A program made the translations under genes and the position numbers. The notes under the pieces were generated by a model that saw nothing but the letters and a program-made list of their open reading frames with translations, made no database searches and was not told where the DNA came from. From contig JAFWFL010000093.1 of NCBI GenBank assembly GCA_017515595.1, positions 367 to 64,366 on the forward strand: a stretch of 64,000 bases of DNA, in the 5' to 3' direction. Source of the DNA: Coriobacteriales bacterium. Lineage in GTDB: Bacteria; Actinomycetota; Coriobacteriia; Coriobacteriales; UMGS124. Shown piece by piece: positions 19,464 through 28,751 of the stretch. The first letter of the stretch is position 1. Each line of letters starts with the position of its first letter.

Positions 19464-19788
19464 GATAAACTCCTTTACTTGAGCCGACGTATATGTGGCG
19501 TCGGGTGATTAACTTTGTTGACTGTCTTATACCCACTAATATTGTTTTATACACTCGCATTAAATATTTCTCAAATTTTTTGTTATATATAATCTAAGTC
19601 TATTATTGTTAGATATTACCCGACCATACCAGTCATTGAAAAATCTGTCATAATTACGTAAAAATGCAAGGTAAAGACTATCATCTTATGCAAGAAGTGC
19701 GTATGATGTAAACTGCACATTGAGAGTAGGATACTGTGTGTAGAAGTTATGATTCACCGGTATCGACGCTTAAGGAGCTGGTTGGTTT

Positions 19789-20112
19789 TTGGACAGTCAA
19801 TACGAAGAAGCATACCCGGAAGACGAGTATGATTATGAAGAAGAAGAGCGTATAGTCGAGACACCTCCTGCTGCTACCAAGCCGTTTCGCAAGCAGGCCG
19901 TGGGCCGTCCGCAAACAGACGCTCCGGCACATCCTCTCCCGGCTACCCGGCATTCTCATATTGACTATGACCAATATCTCCAGTCTCCAACAGGTAGCTT
20001 TAGGATTTTCTCTGCGGATGCAAACCGCAAACGTCGCCGGGCATTGCTTATTGGCATTGCCATAGGGGTGGTGATTGTGGGCTTAATTCTGTGGTTTGTT
20101 TTAGGGTCTTAG
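19789..20112 (+). CDS. hypothetical tail-anchored membrane protein (acidic N-terminus, single C-terminal TM)
   Basis: TTG start 11 nt after AAGGAG. C-terminal hydrophobic helix ALLIGIAIGVVIVGLILWFVLG preceded by RKRRR. No recognisable family. Confidence 0.4.
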   Translation: MDSQYEEAYPEDEYDYEEEERIVETPPAATKPFRKQAVGRPQTDAPAHPLPATRHSHIDYDQYLQSPTGSFRIFSADANRKRRRALLIGIAIGVVIVGLILWFVLGS

Positions 20113-20206
20113 CGAAGCGCCTCAAACGCGCTTCGAAGCGGCAGAGCAACAAGCATATGCCGCTCATGTGTTGGTTTTACCGGTTTTGTCAAGAAAGGAC
20201 ATGATC

Positions 20207-20641
20207 ATGAAAGAGCTTCTCCAAGAGTTTAAGGACTTTATTAACAAGGGTAACGTTATGGCCCTCGCAGTTGGTATTATCATCGGCGGCGCCTTTACCT
20301 CAATTGTTAATTCGCTCGTAGAAGACATTATTAACCCGCTTATCTCCATGATTGGCGGCAGCCCCGAGGTTAAGGGCCTTGCCTGGACATTCAACGGCGC
20401 TACTGTTGACCTTGGCGCCTTTATCAGCGCAATCATTAACTTCCTCATCATCGCCCTTGTAGTATTCTTCCTCGTTAAGGGCGTTAACAAGGTTCAGGAA
20501 GCAAGCGAGAAACTTCTCAAGAAAGAAGCTGCAGAAGAAGCCGCTGCCGCTCCCAAGTGCCCCTACTGCCTGAGCGAAGTAAATGAAGGCGCCACCAAGT
20601 GCTGCCACTGCGGAAGCATCCTTGAGGCACAAGCCGAGTAA
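20207..20641 (+). CDS. mscL: large-conductance mechanosensitive channel MscL with C-terminal zinc-ribbon-like tail
   Basis: MKELLQEFKDFINKGNVMALAVGIIIGGAFTSIV is a canonical MscL N-terminus and TM1. The tail carries CPYCLSEV...CCHCGS. Confidence 0.85.
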   Translation: MKELLQEFKDFINKGNVMALAVGIIIGGAFTSIVNSLVEDIINPLISMIGGSPEVKGLAWTFNGATVDLGAFISAIINFLIIALVVFFLVKGVNKVQEASEKLLKKEAAEEAAAAPKCPYCLSEVNEGATKCCHCGSILEAQAE

Positions 20642-20662
20642 TTTATATCTCTAACAGTATCC

Positions 20663-20703
20663 AAACAACGGCCGGGTTCAATGAAGAATCCAGCCGTTGT
20701 TTT
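20663..20703. terminator. bidirectional terminator between mscL and smpB
   Basis: AAACAACGGC / GCCGTTGTTT stem flanked by a T-run (GTTGTTTTGTATT). Lies between convergent genes. Confidence 0.6.
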
Positions 20704-20709
20704 GTATTA

Positions 20710-21189
20710 TTATCTGTTGCGGTCTTTGAGGGCTCTTGAGATTTCTCGGTCCAGATCTCGTTTGGCCATGTCATCGCGTTTGTCGTAATTCTTTTTGCCT
20801 CTTGCCAGTCCTATAAGAACTTTTACGCGGTTATGCTCATCAAAGTACATTTTGAGAGCGATGATCGAGACACCCTGGCGCTCTACTTTTGAACGCAGGT
20901 ATTCAATTTCTTTGCGATGAAGCAGGAGTTTGCGCTTGCGATCAGGGTTTTTATTAAAAATGGTCCCATGAGAAAACGGCACAATATGCACGCCATGAAG
21001 CCAGGCCTCACCCTGACGAATCAGTACAAAGGCATCGGTAATTTGGCAATTGTGCTCACGCAGCGACCTTACCTCAGTACCCGTGAGTACAATGCCGGCC
21101 TCTATGGTCTCATCAATAAAATAATCGTGCTCGGCCGTGCGGTTCTTCGCAATCTCTTTGTTCTTGGATTCCTCTTTTTTGGCGCACAT
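20710..21189 (-). CDS. smpB: SsrA-binding protein
   Basis: Conserved SmpB sequence (KNRTAEHDYFIDETIEAGIVLTGTEVRSLR ... GLARGKKNYDKR). Confidence 0.95.
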   Translation of the reverse strand: MCAKKEESKNKEIAKNRTAEHDYFIDETIEAGIVLTGTEVRSLREHNCQITDAFVLIRQGEAWLHGVHIVPFSHGTIFNKNPDRKRKLLLHRKEIEYLRSKVERQGVSIIALKMYFDEHNRVKVLIGLARGKKNYDKRDDMAKRDLDREISRALKDRNR

Positions 21190-21200
21190 AGGGCTTCCTT

Positions 21201-22352
21201 TTAGAATGCGTGGCCGGTGGGGCTGTTATGCGGAGTCGCCTTGGCATCTTTACGCACCTGCTCCATAAGGCGCGCATACTCCTTGGCACGAGCCTTGCGG
21301 GCCTCGGCTTCTTCCGGAGTAAGTTCCTCCATAGACTTGGGTTTGGAAGGTACTTGCGCCTGTTGCGCAGAAACCGGAACCTCTGCACGGGCGGCTGCCT
21401 CTGCTTGCTTTTCAGGGTCGGCAGCAATACGCGATGCGGCCTCAAGCGTAGCGCTTGCCTCGGGGCTTGCATACAAACCGGTTGCGGCTATAAGATCAGC
21501 TTCATCAACATCAGGGAACTGCTCTTCGCCTTGCTCTTTTATGATTTGTGCCAAAGCCATAGCTTTCTTTTGACCAACAAGCTCAACCGCGATTTTTGCC
21601 ATTTCCTGGCAGGTTTTGAGGTCACCCTGACCCCCTGCAAGATCAGCAAGCAAAAGAGCGCTCAGAACAATCTCAACATTCGCTCCCTCAGGCAGGCCTT
21701 CTGCTTCGAGCAGGCTTGTGCAGAGCTCGTCTGTTTGTGCTTTGGGATCACATTGATGCTCTACCACAAGCTTAGTGGCCGCATTGTTGGCGCGCATGTC
21801 CTCAGGACTTAGCCTCAACGCTGCTTTGATGCACGCAGCTGCGGTTTCATACTGAGTGCAGGCAATAAAGTAATCCGAGAAATTAAGGTATGCACGCACA
21901 AGGTGTGAAGCATGGCTGGCACGGGAGAAAACCGAATACGTCAGCTTGAGAAACTGCTCGTAGTCACCCAAACGCGCCATTACGCTTGCGAGATCAAGCC
22001 TATGTGCGCAGTTCATGGGATTCCAACGTATGGCTTTTTTGAGCATCTCAGCAGCGTTTTCGAGATCATCAAGCTGAATGCAGCAAAAAGCATAATCAGC
22101 ATAAGCGCGGTCAAAGGGCACCGGAACAAGCTCGAGCTCACGCGGGTCATCTTCTACACGCTTGTAGGTAAGATGCTCAAACTGCGTTGCAAACGAGAAG
22201 TACTGCTTAGAGTTAGTGGTTTCGCAGTTCTCGTCAATATAGAGCTCCATGTCATGTACGAGGCCTTCGAGAGCAGGCTGAATATCCTGACAGCGCTCCT
22301 GAGCAAGGTAGCCTTCAATTTGTTCGAGCTGTTCTATGGTAAACAAAGTCAT
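21201..22352 (-). CDS. hypothetical TPR-like helical-repeat protein with Ala/Glu-rich tail
   Basis: ATG at 22352 (MTLFTIEQ) preceded by GGGAGA. Helical-repeat character (AAEMLKKAIRWNPMN..., AAACIKAALRLSPED). No catalytic motifs seen. Confidence 0.55.
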   Translation of the reverse strand: MTLFTIEQLEQIEGYLAQERCQDIQPALEGLVHDMELYIDENCETTNSKQYFSFATQFEHLTYKRVEDDPRELELVPVPFDRAYADYAFCCIQLDDLENAAEMLKKAIRWNPMNCAHRLDLASVMARLGDYEQFLKLTYSVFSRASHASHLVRAYLNFSDYFIACTQYETAAACIKAALRLSPEDMRANNAATKLVVEHQCDPKAQTDELCTSLLEAEGLPEGANVEIVLSALLLADLAGGQGDLKTCQEMAKIAVELVGQKKAMALAQIIKEQGEEQFPDVDEADLIAATGLYASPEASATLEAASRIAADPEKQAEAAARAEVPVSAQQAQVPSKPKSMEELTPEEAEARKARAKEYARLMEQVRKDAKATPHNSPTGHAF

Positions 22353-22396
22353 ACGGGTTTCTCCCTTAAACGTGATCTTATTGGTTGAGCACAGTA

Positions 22397-24439
22397 TCAC
22401 ATGCGCGCGTTTTGAACCAGACTTAAATCTATGCGACCATGGAAAGTATCACATGAACGTACGGTTACGGCTATATGCTGGCCAAGGCGCCAAACATGTT
22501 CTCCTTTGGCATCACTAATCTCATGCCGCTCCGCATCATGCTTGAGCCAGCCATCACTTAAGTCACGCATGTGCAGCATGCCTTCTACCCCAAAATCATC
22601 AAGACGAACAAAGAGACCAAAGGGCTGCACTGATACAACGGTACCGGCAAACGATTTGCCTATATACTGCTGCATATACTCGGCAGCCATAATGTTTTGA
22701 CTCTCAAGAGAAGCAGCTGCGGCTGTGCGTTCCATCTTTGATGAATGCGCACAGATGGTAGGCATAAGCTCGGCCTTTTCTTCCGGTGTAAGCTTATATC
22801 CTGCAACCCCCATCAAAGCTTTAAGACAACGGTGTACCACCAGGTCAGGGTAGCGCCTGATGGGGCTCGTAAAGTGACAATAAGCCTCGGCGCCTAGCCC
22901 GTAGTGCCCGGCATTTAACGGCTCATATACCGCACGCGTCATACAGCGCAGCAATATATTGCTCACCAGATCCTCAAGCGGAGAATCTTTTACCAGGTCG
23001 AGAACTCCCTGTATTGCATGTGGGTCGCCCAAGGCAAAGCGTGGCCTCAGCTCTTTGGGTAATACTCCGAGCTCTATCAAGAGTGGCATAGAACCCTGAA
23101 GAGTATCGGCATGAGGAGGCTCGTGGACCCTGAATGCACACGGGGATGTGGGCAACAATCTGCGCGCAACTGCCTCGTTAGCCATGAGCATGGCTTCTTC
23201 TATGAGCTGTGTTGCCTGAGTCGACTTGCGCTGAACAATGTCGAGCGGATTCTTTTGGTCATCAAGCAGCACTCTCATCTCTGATGTCACAAACTCAATG
23301 GCGCCGCGCTCGTTGCGCAAACGCTGGCGCAGCTTGCTCACATGGTTGAGCCCGGCAAAAAACGCGCCGAGGTCAACGTTGCCAATAAAAGGCCCTCTTG
23401 CCGCAGAATTCTGCGCCCGTTCCTCAAGAAGAGCATCTACCTCGCCATAGCGCATGCGGCCATGCGACCTTATAATGCTTGGATAACATTCGCAAGTTTT
23501 AACACGTGCCTGCTCGTCGAGCTCAAGGTCTACGGTCATCGCAAGACGGTCTTCATTGGGAACAAGCGAGCAAAGATCGCAGCTGAGTTTCTCGGGCAGC
23601 ATGGGAAGCACTCTGTCGGCCAAATAAACGCTCGTAGCACGTGAGCGTGCAGCAAGATCAATCTTTGAACCCCAAGGTACATAGGCCGAGACATCGGCAA
23701 TATGAACCCCCAAAAGCCAGCCTCCGTCTTTGCGCACTTCAAGCGATACGGCATCATCAAAATCTCTTGCATCATCAGGGTCAACCGTCACCAAAAACCT
23801 GTCGCGAATATCACGGCGTAACGGCTCTGCGAGTGCCTGTGTAAGATCAAGTTTGAGCGACTCGGCTTCTGTCAAAACATCTTGAGCAAAATCAGTTGCC
23901 AGGTCATGAGAGGCAATAACCGTCTCGATGGCCATAATGGGACCTTCTTCTGCATTGATTTTGCGCTCAATAGTAGCAATCCCGGGAGCCTTATGTGTGG
24001 GGTACACCAATATACGTGCACTCACAAAAGAACCATGCTCAACATCATAGACAAGCGGTGACCGGTCATCATCGGCAATGAGAAAATCATGGCAGAGACG
24101 GTCATCGAGTGCAACCAATACGCGCAATGACCCGGCCTGCTCATAACGAGCGGCAAATGTCTCGGTAGCTCTGTCGAGAACATGCGTTACAGCTGCATGG
24201 GGCTGCTCTTCACCATGAGCGCCAGGCAACACGCGCAGCTGCACAGTATCACCGTTCATAGCTTCATAAATACGGTTTGGAGACACCACAAATGTGCCCT
24301 CGGGAGTCTCTACCATACCGGCGCCACGCGAGTTTACACGCAATATGCCTGTTATAAGCCCATGGGGTTTGGCACGCGTTCCTGCATGGGATCCGTGTGG
24401 CTTCTTTTGATAATAATGCTGTTTTTTACTACGACCCAT
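22397..24439 (-). CDS. rnr: ribonuclease R (RNase II family 3'-5' exoribonuclease)
   Basis: RNB domain motifs (DPDDARDFDDAVS, HFTSPIRRYPDLVVHR). C-terminal S1 domain (GTVVSVQPFGLFVRLD). Confidence 0.9.
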   Translation of the reverse strand: MGRSKKQHYYQKKPHGSHAGTRAKPHGLITGILRVNSRGAGMVETPEGTFVVSPNRIYEAMNGDTVQLRVLPGAHGEEQPHAAVTHVLDRATETFAARYEQAGSLRVLVALDDRLCHDFLIADDDRSPLVYDVEHGSFVSARILVYPTHKAPGIATIERKINAEEGPIMAIETVIASHDLATDFAQDVLTEAESLKLDLTQALAEPLRRDIRDRFLVTVDPDDARDFDDAVSLEVRKDGGWLLGVHIADVSAYVPWGSKIDLAARSRATSVYLADRVLPMLPEKLSCDLCSLVPNEDRLAMTVDLELDEQARVKTCECYPSIIRSHGRMRYGEVDALLEERAQNSAARGPFIGNVDLGAFFAGLNHVSKLRQRLRNERGAIEFVTSEMRVLLDDQKNPLDIVQRKSTQATQLIEEAMLMANEAVARRLLPTSPCAFRVHEPPHADTLQGSMPLLIELGVLPKELRPRFALGDPHAIQGVLDLVKDSPLEDLVSNILLRCMTRAVYEPLNAGHYGLGAEAYCHFTSPIRRYPDLVVHRCLKALMGVAGYKLTPEEKAELMPTICAHSSKMERTAAAASLESQNIMAAEYMQQYIGKSFAGTVVSVQPFGLFVRLDDFGVEGMLHMRDLSDGWLKHDAERHEISDAKGEHVWRLGQHIAVTVRSCDTFHGRIDLSLVQNARM

Positions 24440-25607
24440 TTGAAACCGTTTCTATCGCAAAAGCGAGTATTGTATCTGTGGGAATTTCGCTCTTCTGAGA
24501 CGCTTCTTCAAAAACGCCCTGAGCTTTTTGGTCTAAAACGCTTATAAACGAGTTCCGTTTTACATTGGGAATAACGCCCATTCCCTCAAACGTATTGCCG
24601 TCAGGAGTATAAAGCGTTGCTGTGGTATACATAACCGCTCCGCCAAAAGAAAGCGTGCGCAGGCACTGAACGGTAGCGTCGCCTTTGGTGCGCTCACCCA
24701 CAATATTGGCCCTGCCATGTTCCTGTAAGGCTGACGCCACAACCTCTGCCGCACCTGCTGTCTTTTGTGATACAACCAGTACAAGAGGCTGTGTGTAGTG
24801 GGTTCTGCCGGGTTCAACAACCAAGCGGGTACTACCCGTCTGCTGCGTTACTTCACAAATGGTTCCGCCCTCCAAAAAGAGCGATGCAACCTGTATGGCT
24901 TCATGCAGGTATCCGCCTGTAGACGTGCGCAAATCGAGTACAAAAGCAACCGCACCTTGCGCTATAAGGTTATCAAGCTGGATCGCTACATGCGATGCGG
25001 TATCACGCGACATAAGACCTACAGTTACAACTCCCACACCGTCCGCAGTCAAAAATGAACTCACCGCATAAGAAGCTGCTGTGGTTGATCCTGAGGCATA
25101 TTCCTGCAAAAAGCCGAGTTCTCCGCTCCAAACCGAGAGATCAGGCGCCTCGGTAGACGCATAGCCCGCAGGCGAACCTGCAAGCTCAATAAAACTGTTA
25201 TAGCGTGCCGGATCAAGGTAGGCCGCATGGGTGTCTCCGCTGGCGCGAAGTCTGCCTACAAGTGTTGTCGCTGTTGACTGGTCAAGCGTTGCCGTGCTCA
25301 GCGCATTGTTAAGCGCGTCAAGGCTTACTGCAGCCAGACGGCGTGCAAGCTCGCCGTCATAGCCGTCATGAAGCGTTTTTTGATCTGTAGAAACCTCGAC
25401 TTCAGCAAAACCAAGCTCTTGTGCAAGCGTAGGAGAAACATCCCGTATGATAGCCGGGCCCTGCGTTACACCCAAAAAGACTCCGATTCCGCAAAACAAG
25501 AGGGCGCCAACCACAAGGGCCAGCGCCTTTTCAAGTGTAAACTTATGGTGAGCAGCAGCTGTATGCTGGACGCCGGTATGCACCGGCTCTTCACCGTTAT
25601 AATCCAA
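24429..25607 (-). CDS. S41 family C-terminal processing peptidase-like protein
   Basis: N-terminal TM anchor. Tail-specific protease core (FVLDLRTSTGGYLHEA; VSQKTAGAAEVVASALQEHGRANIVGERTKG). Confidence 0.75.
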   Translation of the reverse strand: MDYNGEEPVHTGVQHTAAAHHKFTLEKALALVVGALLFCGIGVFLGVTQGPAIIRDVSPTLAQELGFAEVEVSTDQKTLHDGYDGELARRLAAVSLDALNNALSTATLDQSTATTLVGRLRASGDTHAAYLDPARYNSFIELAGSPAGYASTEAPDLSVWSGELGFLQEYASGSTTAASYAVSSFLTADGVGVVTVGLMSRDTASHVAIQLDNLIAQGAVAFVLDLRTSTGGYLHEAIQVASLFLEGGTICEVTQQTGSTRLVVEPGRTHYTQPLVLVVSQKTAGAAEVVASALQEHGRANIVGERTKGDATVQCLRTLSFGGAVMYTTATLYTPDGNTFEGMGVIPNVKRNSFISVLDQKAQGVFEEASQKSEIPTDTILAFAIETVSNGS

Positions 25608-25615
25608 GAATGCTC

Positions 25616-26542
25616 CTAAACCTTAAGATAACGGCGCATTGCCAGCATTGAACCCAAAATACCGATGATGATGGCAAGCACTAACAATACCAAATAGATC
25701 CAAAGGTAAACAGAATCGTCAACCACAAAATTGAGGAATTGCAGTGACTCAGTAAACGAAGGAATAATAGTGTGACGGCAAATCTCAAGAACAATAACTG
25801 CAAGCACATAACCAATAATGGCCTGCAAAATACCTTCCATCAAGAACGGCCCGCGAATAAAGCTGTTCGACGCACCAACCAAACGCTGAATTCCAATCTC
25901 GGTGCGGCGTGCCATAATAGAAAGACGAATGGTATTGTTAATAAAGACGAATGCAACAAAGATGAGTAAAACTACAAGAGCTGCAGCAACAATACGAATG
26001 GTATTGGTAAGCGTAAGCAGGCGCTCAACCGTCTCGGCACCGTAGAGAACCGAGAGAGCCGGAGCCTCGGGCGAGTCACAAACCGCAATAAAGTTCGCAG
26101 AACGCGCTACCTCGTTTGCAACTTCTTCTGCGAGTTTGGCATCAGTAAGGCGGATTACAACAGACGCGGGAATGGGGTTGCGTCCGTCAAGAGCGGCTAC
26201 GGCGTCTTCTGCCTGAGCCGCAACCATGGTTGCACGATACTCGGCCAGAGCTTCTTCCTTGCTCTTATAGGTGACAGTGTCTACGCCGTTCCATGTGCGA
26301 ATTTCTTCTTCGAGCGCATCAACTACCATGGGGTCGGCGTCGTCAGACAAAAATGCCTGAATGGTAATACGGCTTTCTACATCGCCCACCACGCTGTTGA
26401 TCATTGAGGTGGCAATAGTAAAAAGACCAATGATAAAAAGCGAAAGGAAAATGGTAACTACTGCGCCAAGGCTCGTAGAAAGGTTACGGACAAAGTGCGA
26501 GCCTGCTTCGCGCAGAGAATAACCTGCATTAAAGGGCACCAT
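25616..26542 (-). CDS. ftsX: cell-division ABC transporter permease-like protein FtsX
   Basis: Four-TM FtsX topology with a large first extracytoplasmic loop. Overlaps the ftsE stop. GGAGG lies 11 nt before the ATG at 26542. Confidence 0.85.
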   Translation of the reverse strand: MVPFNAGYSLREAGSHFVRNLSTSLGAVVTIFLSLFIIGLFTIATSMINSVVGDVESRITIQAFLSDDADPMVVDALEEEIRTWNGVDTVTYKSKEEALAEYRATMVAAQAEDAVAALDGRNPIPASVVIRLTDAKLAEEVANEVARSANFIAVCDSPEAPALSVLYGAETVERLLTLTNTIRIVAAALVVLLIFVAFVFINNTIRLSIMARRTEIGIQRLVGASNSFIRGPFLMEGILQAIIGYVLAVIVLEICRHTIIPSFTESLQFLNFVVDDSVYLWIYLVLLVLAIIIGILGSMLAMRRYLKV

Positions 26543-27218
26543 AATAGCCATAGCCTCCGTTCTGTTCATCGCGGATGACATGACCGTTCTCAAGTGCAAT
26601 AACGCGCCTGCGCATGGAGTCAACCATCTCGCGGTCATGGGTTGCTACCAAGACGGTTGTGCCGGTACGGTTAATACGCTCAAGGAGCTTCATGATACCA
26701 AGTGAAATAGCAGGGTCAAGGTTACCGGTAGGTTCGTCGCATACCAAAAGCGGCGGACGGTTAACCATGGCGCGTGCTACCGAGACGCGCTGTTGCTCGC
26801 CACCGGAGAGCTGGTCAGGAAGCTTGTCCATTTTGTCCTCTAGACCTACCAGGCGCAATACCTCGGGCACCTGGACCTTAATAACGTTTTTGGACTTGCC
26901 AATGGCCTCCAATGCAAAAGCCACGTTCTCGTAAGCTGTGCGCTTAGGCAAAAGCTTATAGTCCTGGAAAACGCAGCCAATCTGCCTGCGCAGATAGGGA
27001 ACTTTGCGATCCCTCAGCTTGGAGAGGTCCTGACCTGCTACATAGATATTGCCGGCCGAGGGCTTAAGCTCACGGGTAATGGTCTTAATAAATGTTGACT
27101 TGCCCGAGCCTGAGTGACCTACCAGAAATACAAAGTCACCGGGCAAAATGTCGAGCGACACATCATCAAGCGCGGGTTTATCGGGCTGAGCAGGATATAC
27201 CAGCGATACATGACGCAT
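26529..27218 (-). CDS. ftsE: cell-division ATP-binding protein FtsE
   Basis: Walker A GHSGSGKST, signature LSGGEQQRV, Walker B LLVCDEPTGNLD. The start is uncertain. ATG at 27218 gives a typical ~229-aa FtsE, but the frame stays open to 27428. Confidence 0.8.
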   Translation of the reverse strand: MRHVSLVYPAQPDKPALDDVSLDILPGDFVFLVGHSGSGKSTFIKTITRELKPSAGNIYVAGQDLSKLRDRKVPYLRRQIGCVFQDYKLLPKRTAYENVAFALEAIGKSKNVIKVQVPEVLRLVGLEDKMDKLPDQLSGGEQQRVSVARAMVNRPPLLVCDEPTGNLDPAISLGIMKLLERINRTGTTVLVATHDREMVDSMRRRVIALENGHVIRDEQNGGYGYYGAL

Positions 27219-27550
27219 CGCAATAGTTGGGGGTACATTTGCGTACCCGGCGCGCTGACCAACCGGCCGCTGTGAACCGGTATTGCCAGCAGCGTTTTGC
27301 GAAGTTGCGGGGCTGACTGCCACTTGAAATGCTCCAATCACCACATGCAGACAAACTATAGTTGTACTGCGACGTCTGCGAACTGCCAAAAGGCATACAG
27401 AGGTATGATACCAGACATTCGAAAACAAGCTATGGAGAACCCGTGGCTTATGGAGAAGGTCTGAAAAGCACAGGCATTGTTCATGAGTTTTTGATCAATA
27501 AGGCAGACTGTCCAAAAACAGACTCTGCGCACGGGAATTACCCTATTTGC

Positions 27551-27689
27551 ACCCAATTAATCCAATTAATTAGGTGATTCCATTGCACAATTGATTACTG
27601 ATGAGATGCTATGTGCTTCTAACCTGGGCATTCTTCTCGACAACAAACTCAAACGCTGTCCAGGAACCCAATTAATTGGATTAATCAGG
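27551..27689. repeat. 16-bp inverted repeat pair separated by 98 bp
   Basis: AATTAATCCAATTAATT (27555-27571) versus AATTAATTGGATTAAT (27670-27685). Both are preceded by ACCC. Confidence 0.6.
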
Positions 27690-27748
27690 CAGATACCGGT
27701 GAATTTCTATGCACAAGAGCAATGAGAAGAAGAAATCAGAAGAAATGG

Positions 27749-27793
27749 GAACGATTCTATTTTCTCATTTAATCTGAGAAAATAGAATCGTTC
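27749..27793 (-). terminator. rho-independent terminator of the transketolase genes
   Basis: 19-bp perfect stem GAACGATTCTATTTTCTCA / TGAGAAAATAGAATCGTTC with a 7-nt loop, 24 nt past the stop at 27817. Confidence 0.7.
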
Positions 27794-27816
27794 TCGTTTA
27801 TCCTGGTTGTGTTATC

Positions 27817-28749
27817 TTATGCTTCGATTGCGGCGGCAATTATTGCCTCGGCATCGCAGTCATAACGACGGAGAAGTTCTTTGAGCTCTCCGCTTGTGCC
27901 AAAGCGGTCCTGAACGCCAATAAACTTCATACGGGTTGGCTGCTTGGCTGCCAGAAGTGTTGCTACCTGACTTCCAAGACCTCCTATAACGCTGTGCTCT
28001 TCGCAGGTAATCACAAAACCGGTCTTTTTGGCCGATGCCAGAATTGCGGCCTCATCAAGCGGCTTTACACTGTATGCGTCAATAACCTCGGCTTCAATGC
28101 CCTTCTCGGCAAGGCTTTGAGCTGCTACGAGAGCCTCGTTTACCATAAGGCCACAGGCTACCAAGGTTACATCTTTGCCCTCACGTAAAAGGCGTGAACC
28201 TCCCGGGGTCATTTTGAATCCCGGCTCGTATACCTGAGGAACCTTAGCCCTGCCCATGCGCACATATACCGGGCCCGGTGTCTGTGCCGCAAGCCTGATG
28301 GCAGCTGCGGCTGACTCGTAATCTGCGGGAACCAAAACACGCATGTTGGGAAGCACGCTCATAAGAGCAATGTCTTCTACCATTTGATGACTGCCGCCGT
28401 CAGGGCCTACGCTCAGGCCGGCATGGGTGGGGCAAATCTTAACGTTGAGGTTTCCGTAACAAACGGTATTGCGAATCTGGTCATAACAACGTCCGGTGCC
28501 AAATACCGCGAACGAAGCAGTGTATGCAATGCGGTCTGTAAGAGCCAGACCTGCTGCGATACCAATCATGTCCTGCTCGGCAATACCGGCGTCAAAAAGA
28601 CGCTCGGGGTCATAGTCTCCAAGCTTTTTGGTTGTTGTTGAGCCGGCAAGGTCTGCATCAACAGCAACAACAGGATAACCATCTTTTACCAGTTCTATAA
28701 GTGTTGCGCCAAAAGCTTCGCGCGTAGCGCGGGGTGCTGCATCTGCCAT
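27817..28749 (-). CDS. transketolase, C-terminal (pyrimidine-binding) subunit
   Basis: Split-transketolase C-subunit sequence (AFGATLIEL..., DADLAGSTTT, GIAEQDMIGIAAGLA). Confidence 0.9.
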   Translation of the reverse strand: MADAAPRATREAFGATLIELVKDGYPVVAVDADLAGSTTTKKLGDYDPERLFDAGIAEQDMIGIAAGLALTDRIAYTASFAVFGTGRCYDQIRNTVCYGNLNVKICPTHAGLSVGPDGGSHQMVEDIALMSVLPNMRVLVPADYESAAAAIRLAAQTPGPVYVRMGRAKVPQVYEPGFKMTPGGSRLLREGKDVTLVACGLMVNEALVAAQSLAEKGIEAEVIDAYSVKPLDEAAILASAKKTGFVITCEEHSVIGGLGSQVATLLAAKQPTRMKFIGVQDRFGTSGELKELLRRYDCDAEAIIAAAIEA

Positions 28750-28751
28750 GA

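Noticed and set aside
19464-19560. HAIR/CIRCE heat-shock operator or RNA thermometer upstream of hsp20
   Set aside because: Only a half-site (CTCAAG) and a short 6-bp hairpin (CCGACG-N9-CGTCGG) are present. No full CTTGAGT-N7-ACTCAAG or CIRCE inverted repeat was found, so support is insufficient.
20642-20709. tmRNA (ssrA) gene next to smpB
   Set aside because: The 68-nt gap downstream of smpB contains only a terminator hairpin shared with convergent mscL. No tRNA-like acceptor/T-arm sequence was seen anywhere in the window.
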